Both the position numbers and the translations under genes were made by a program. From assembly GCF_006345805.1 (NCBI RefSeq), contig NC_043014.1:39370001-39434000 (forward strand): a stretch of DNA of 64,000 bases, in the 5' to 3' direction. The notes under the pieces are model-generated. The model was not told the DNA's origin. It saw nothing but the letters and a program-made list of their open reading frames with translations, and made no database searches. The DNA is from Octopus sinensis (Eukaryota). Below are positions 61,850 to 64,000 of the stretch, piece after piece; the stretch's first letter is position 1; each line of letters begins with the position of its first letter.

Positions 61850-62333
61850 GGATCTTTTCCTTTTGAACGGCAGACAATTTCTAGTTAACTTAAACACTTT
61901 AAAACTTCGTATACTGGTAGAATGAGTCAAAATAAAACATTTTTTCTCTTGGCTTTCTTGAGAAAATTGTAATTTGTTTGTTTAACGTAGTTTAATTTTT
62001 CGAATTTTAACCAATCCTATGCTCTCTTTTGAGCTAAAATCATTTGCTGCGTCTAAAACTGAGACAACATCCTGTCACTAACCCTAAACCTCCCCCTAAC
62101 CTTAACCCTAACCCTAATTTTTTTTTCTTAATTGTTAAATTAATTTAATTGTTACGCGTGTAAAAAAAAACGAAAGCAGTGGAAAATAATTTAAACAATT
62201 AACAAACAAAATAATTCTATAATTTTATACACACGCTTTCCGTAACACACACATTCTACCAGTATACGAAGTTTAAAACTTTTTAGTTTCCTAGAAATTA
62301 TGTTACAAATTGCCGTTCAAAAGGAAAAGATCC
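61850..62333 (-). mobile_element. Third Merlin-like MITE subfamily (GGATCTTTTCCTTTTGAACGGCA), TSD CTTATTTT
   Basis: TIRs; TSD at 61842-61849 and 62334-62341; inserted in a SINE fragment. Confidence 0.88.
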
Positions 62334-63009
62334 CTTATTTTATCGACTCAAAATATTCAAACGCTGAGAAACAAACAATTCGAGGACTAGTTTTACCATC
62401 AAATGTTAGAACCCAAACTAAGTTGTAAATGTGCGTGATAACAGAGGCAAACAAATTTTCTATTCTCATTGTTTATTGAATGGATTCACAGGTTCAGTTC
62501 GGTCGGAACTTTACTCTTTTCTCCTTTGTTCTTTTCCCCCATAATGTTATTGGAACTGTAACGAGAACCAAGCCTAGATTCGAACCATAGTCCTTGTTGT
62601 GTGTAGTTTGGGTTCTAATGGGATAGACAACCAAATGAAAACCATTGTTATTATTACGTGTTTATTGACTATTCATGATACACGGACGACGACATTCAGC
62701 GTAGTAATACATTATATACTTTACACACAGTTTGTACTATTCACTACAAAATAGTGCCAAGAGTGGGGATGCACGTATACACAGATATGAATGTGTAACA
62801 GTCCTCAGATTTTTTCAGTCTAGAATCACGACCCTATTTCCATAAAAGAAAAAGAGTCACCCTAAAAGGTATAAACACATACACGAATGTAGTGTCATCA
62901 TTTAGCACTGGCTGAAGCTGCAACTTCGGAGGAAGCGTACAAATTTTCTTGCCAAATGGATTCTAGAACCTTCTGGGCCGATAAATATATGAACTATGGT
63001 TCCTTAAGG

Positions 63010-64000
63010 CAGCGGGATGACAGAATCGTTAGCACGCCGAGCAAAATGCGTAGTGGCATTTTATTTATCTTTAAAGGGCGGCGAGCTGGCAGAATCGTTA
63101 GCACGCCGGGCGAAATGCGTAGCCGTATTTCGTCTGCCGTTACGTTCTGAGTTCAAATTCCGCTGAGGTCGACTTTGCGTTTCATCCTTTCGGGGTCGAT
63201 AAATAAAGTACCAGTTACGCACTGGGGTCGATATAATCGACTTAATCCGTTTGTCTGTCCTTGTTTGTCCCCTCTGCGTGTAGCCCCTTATGGGTAGTAA
63301 AGAAATAGGTATTTCGTCTGACGTTACGTTCTGAGTTCAAATTCCGCCGAGGTCGACTTTGCCTTTCATCCTTTCGGGGTCGATAAATAAAGTACCAGTC
63401 ATACACTGGGGTCGATATAATCGACTTAATCCGTTTGTCTGTCCTTGTTTGTCCTCTGTGTATAGCCCCTTGTGGGTAGTAAAGAAATAGTATTTCGTCT
63501 GTCGTTACGTTCTGAGTTCAAATTCCACCGAGGTCGACTTTGCCTTTCATCCTTTCGGGGTCGATAAATAAAGTACCAGTTACGCACTGGGGTCGATATA
63601 ATCGACTTAATCCGTTTGTCTTCTGTGTATAGCCCCTTGTGGGTAGTGTTGTTGTGTATTGAGTATTAAAGGAAGTAGTGAGTACTTAGTATGAAAGATT
63701 AAGAAAATGAGAGAGACTGAAAAAACGTGTTAACGATACGAGATACTTTATTAGACTGCCGTTGTTGTACAAGATATTTGTTGTGGCGGGAAACTTACTG
63801 AATGTCCTTGTATCAAGGGAGACAATGGGCAACGTTGATTGTTCATGTTTGTTGTGATGATTACATAACAGGTAGTAAAGAAATAGGTATTTCGTCTGTC
63901 GTTACGTTCTGAGTTCAAATTCCACCGAGTCGACTTTGCCTTTCATCCTTTCGGGATCGATAAATAAAGTACCAGTCATACACTGGGATCGATGTAATCG
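63010..64000 (+). mobile_element. Family 1 SINE tandem multimer (63010-63650) and a further copy running off the window (63871-64000)
   Basis: Duplicated head start, three tandem bodies, then another body. Confidence 0.88.

Overview
AT-rich, microsatellite-dense animal genomic DNA. The SINE and MITE families look like those of octopus or another coleoid cephalopod; this is my recognition, not a database result. I can support no intact host protein-coding gene, rRNA, true tRNA or CRISPR array. The window is a mosaic of mobile elements: (1) about 12 Merlin-like MITEs with GGATC termini, mostly 8-bp TSDs and internal TTAGGG tracts; (2) several tRNA-headed SINE families; (3) Helitrons, including two PIF1-type helicase remnants and a head-to-tail array of non-autonomous units; (4) mariner relics; (5) R4/Dong-type and RTE LINE fragments; (6) a hAT MITE inside an 864-bp foldback. 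The strongest unexplained signal is a set of eight minimal type-I hammerhead ribozyme motifs from about five repeat families. They have palindromic stem III, recurrent non-canonical cores (U3-A8, C4, U6) and resemble Penelope-element pseudo-LTRs. One canonical-core motif lies inside a ~270-bp element with a tRNA-like Pol III head, a candidate ribozyme-bearing SINE. Other oddities are a decayed 33-bp coding-like repeat carrying six perfect TGACGTCA palindromes, a twin-priming-type inverted RTE insertion and a 78-bp minisatellite. Coordinates were counted by hand and may be off by a few bases.
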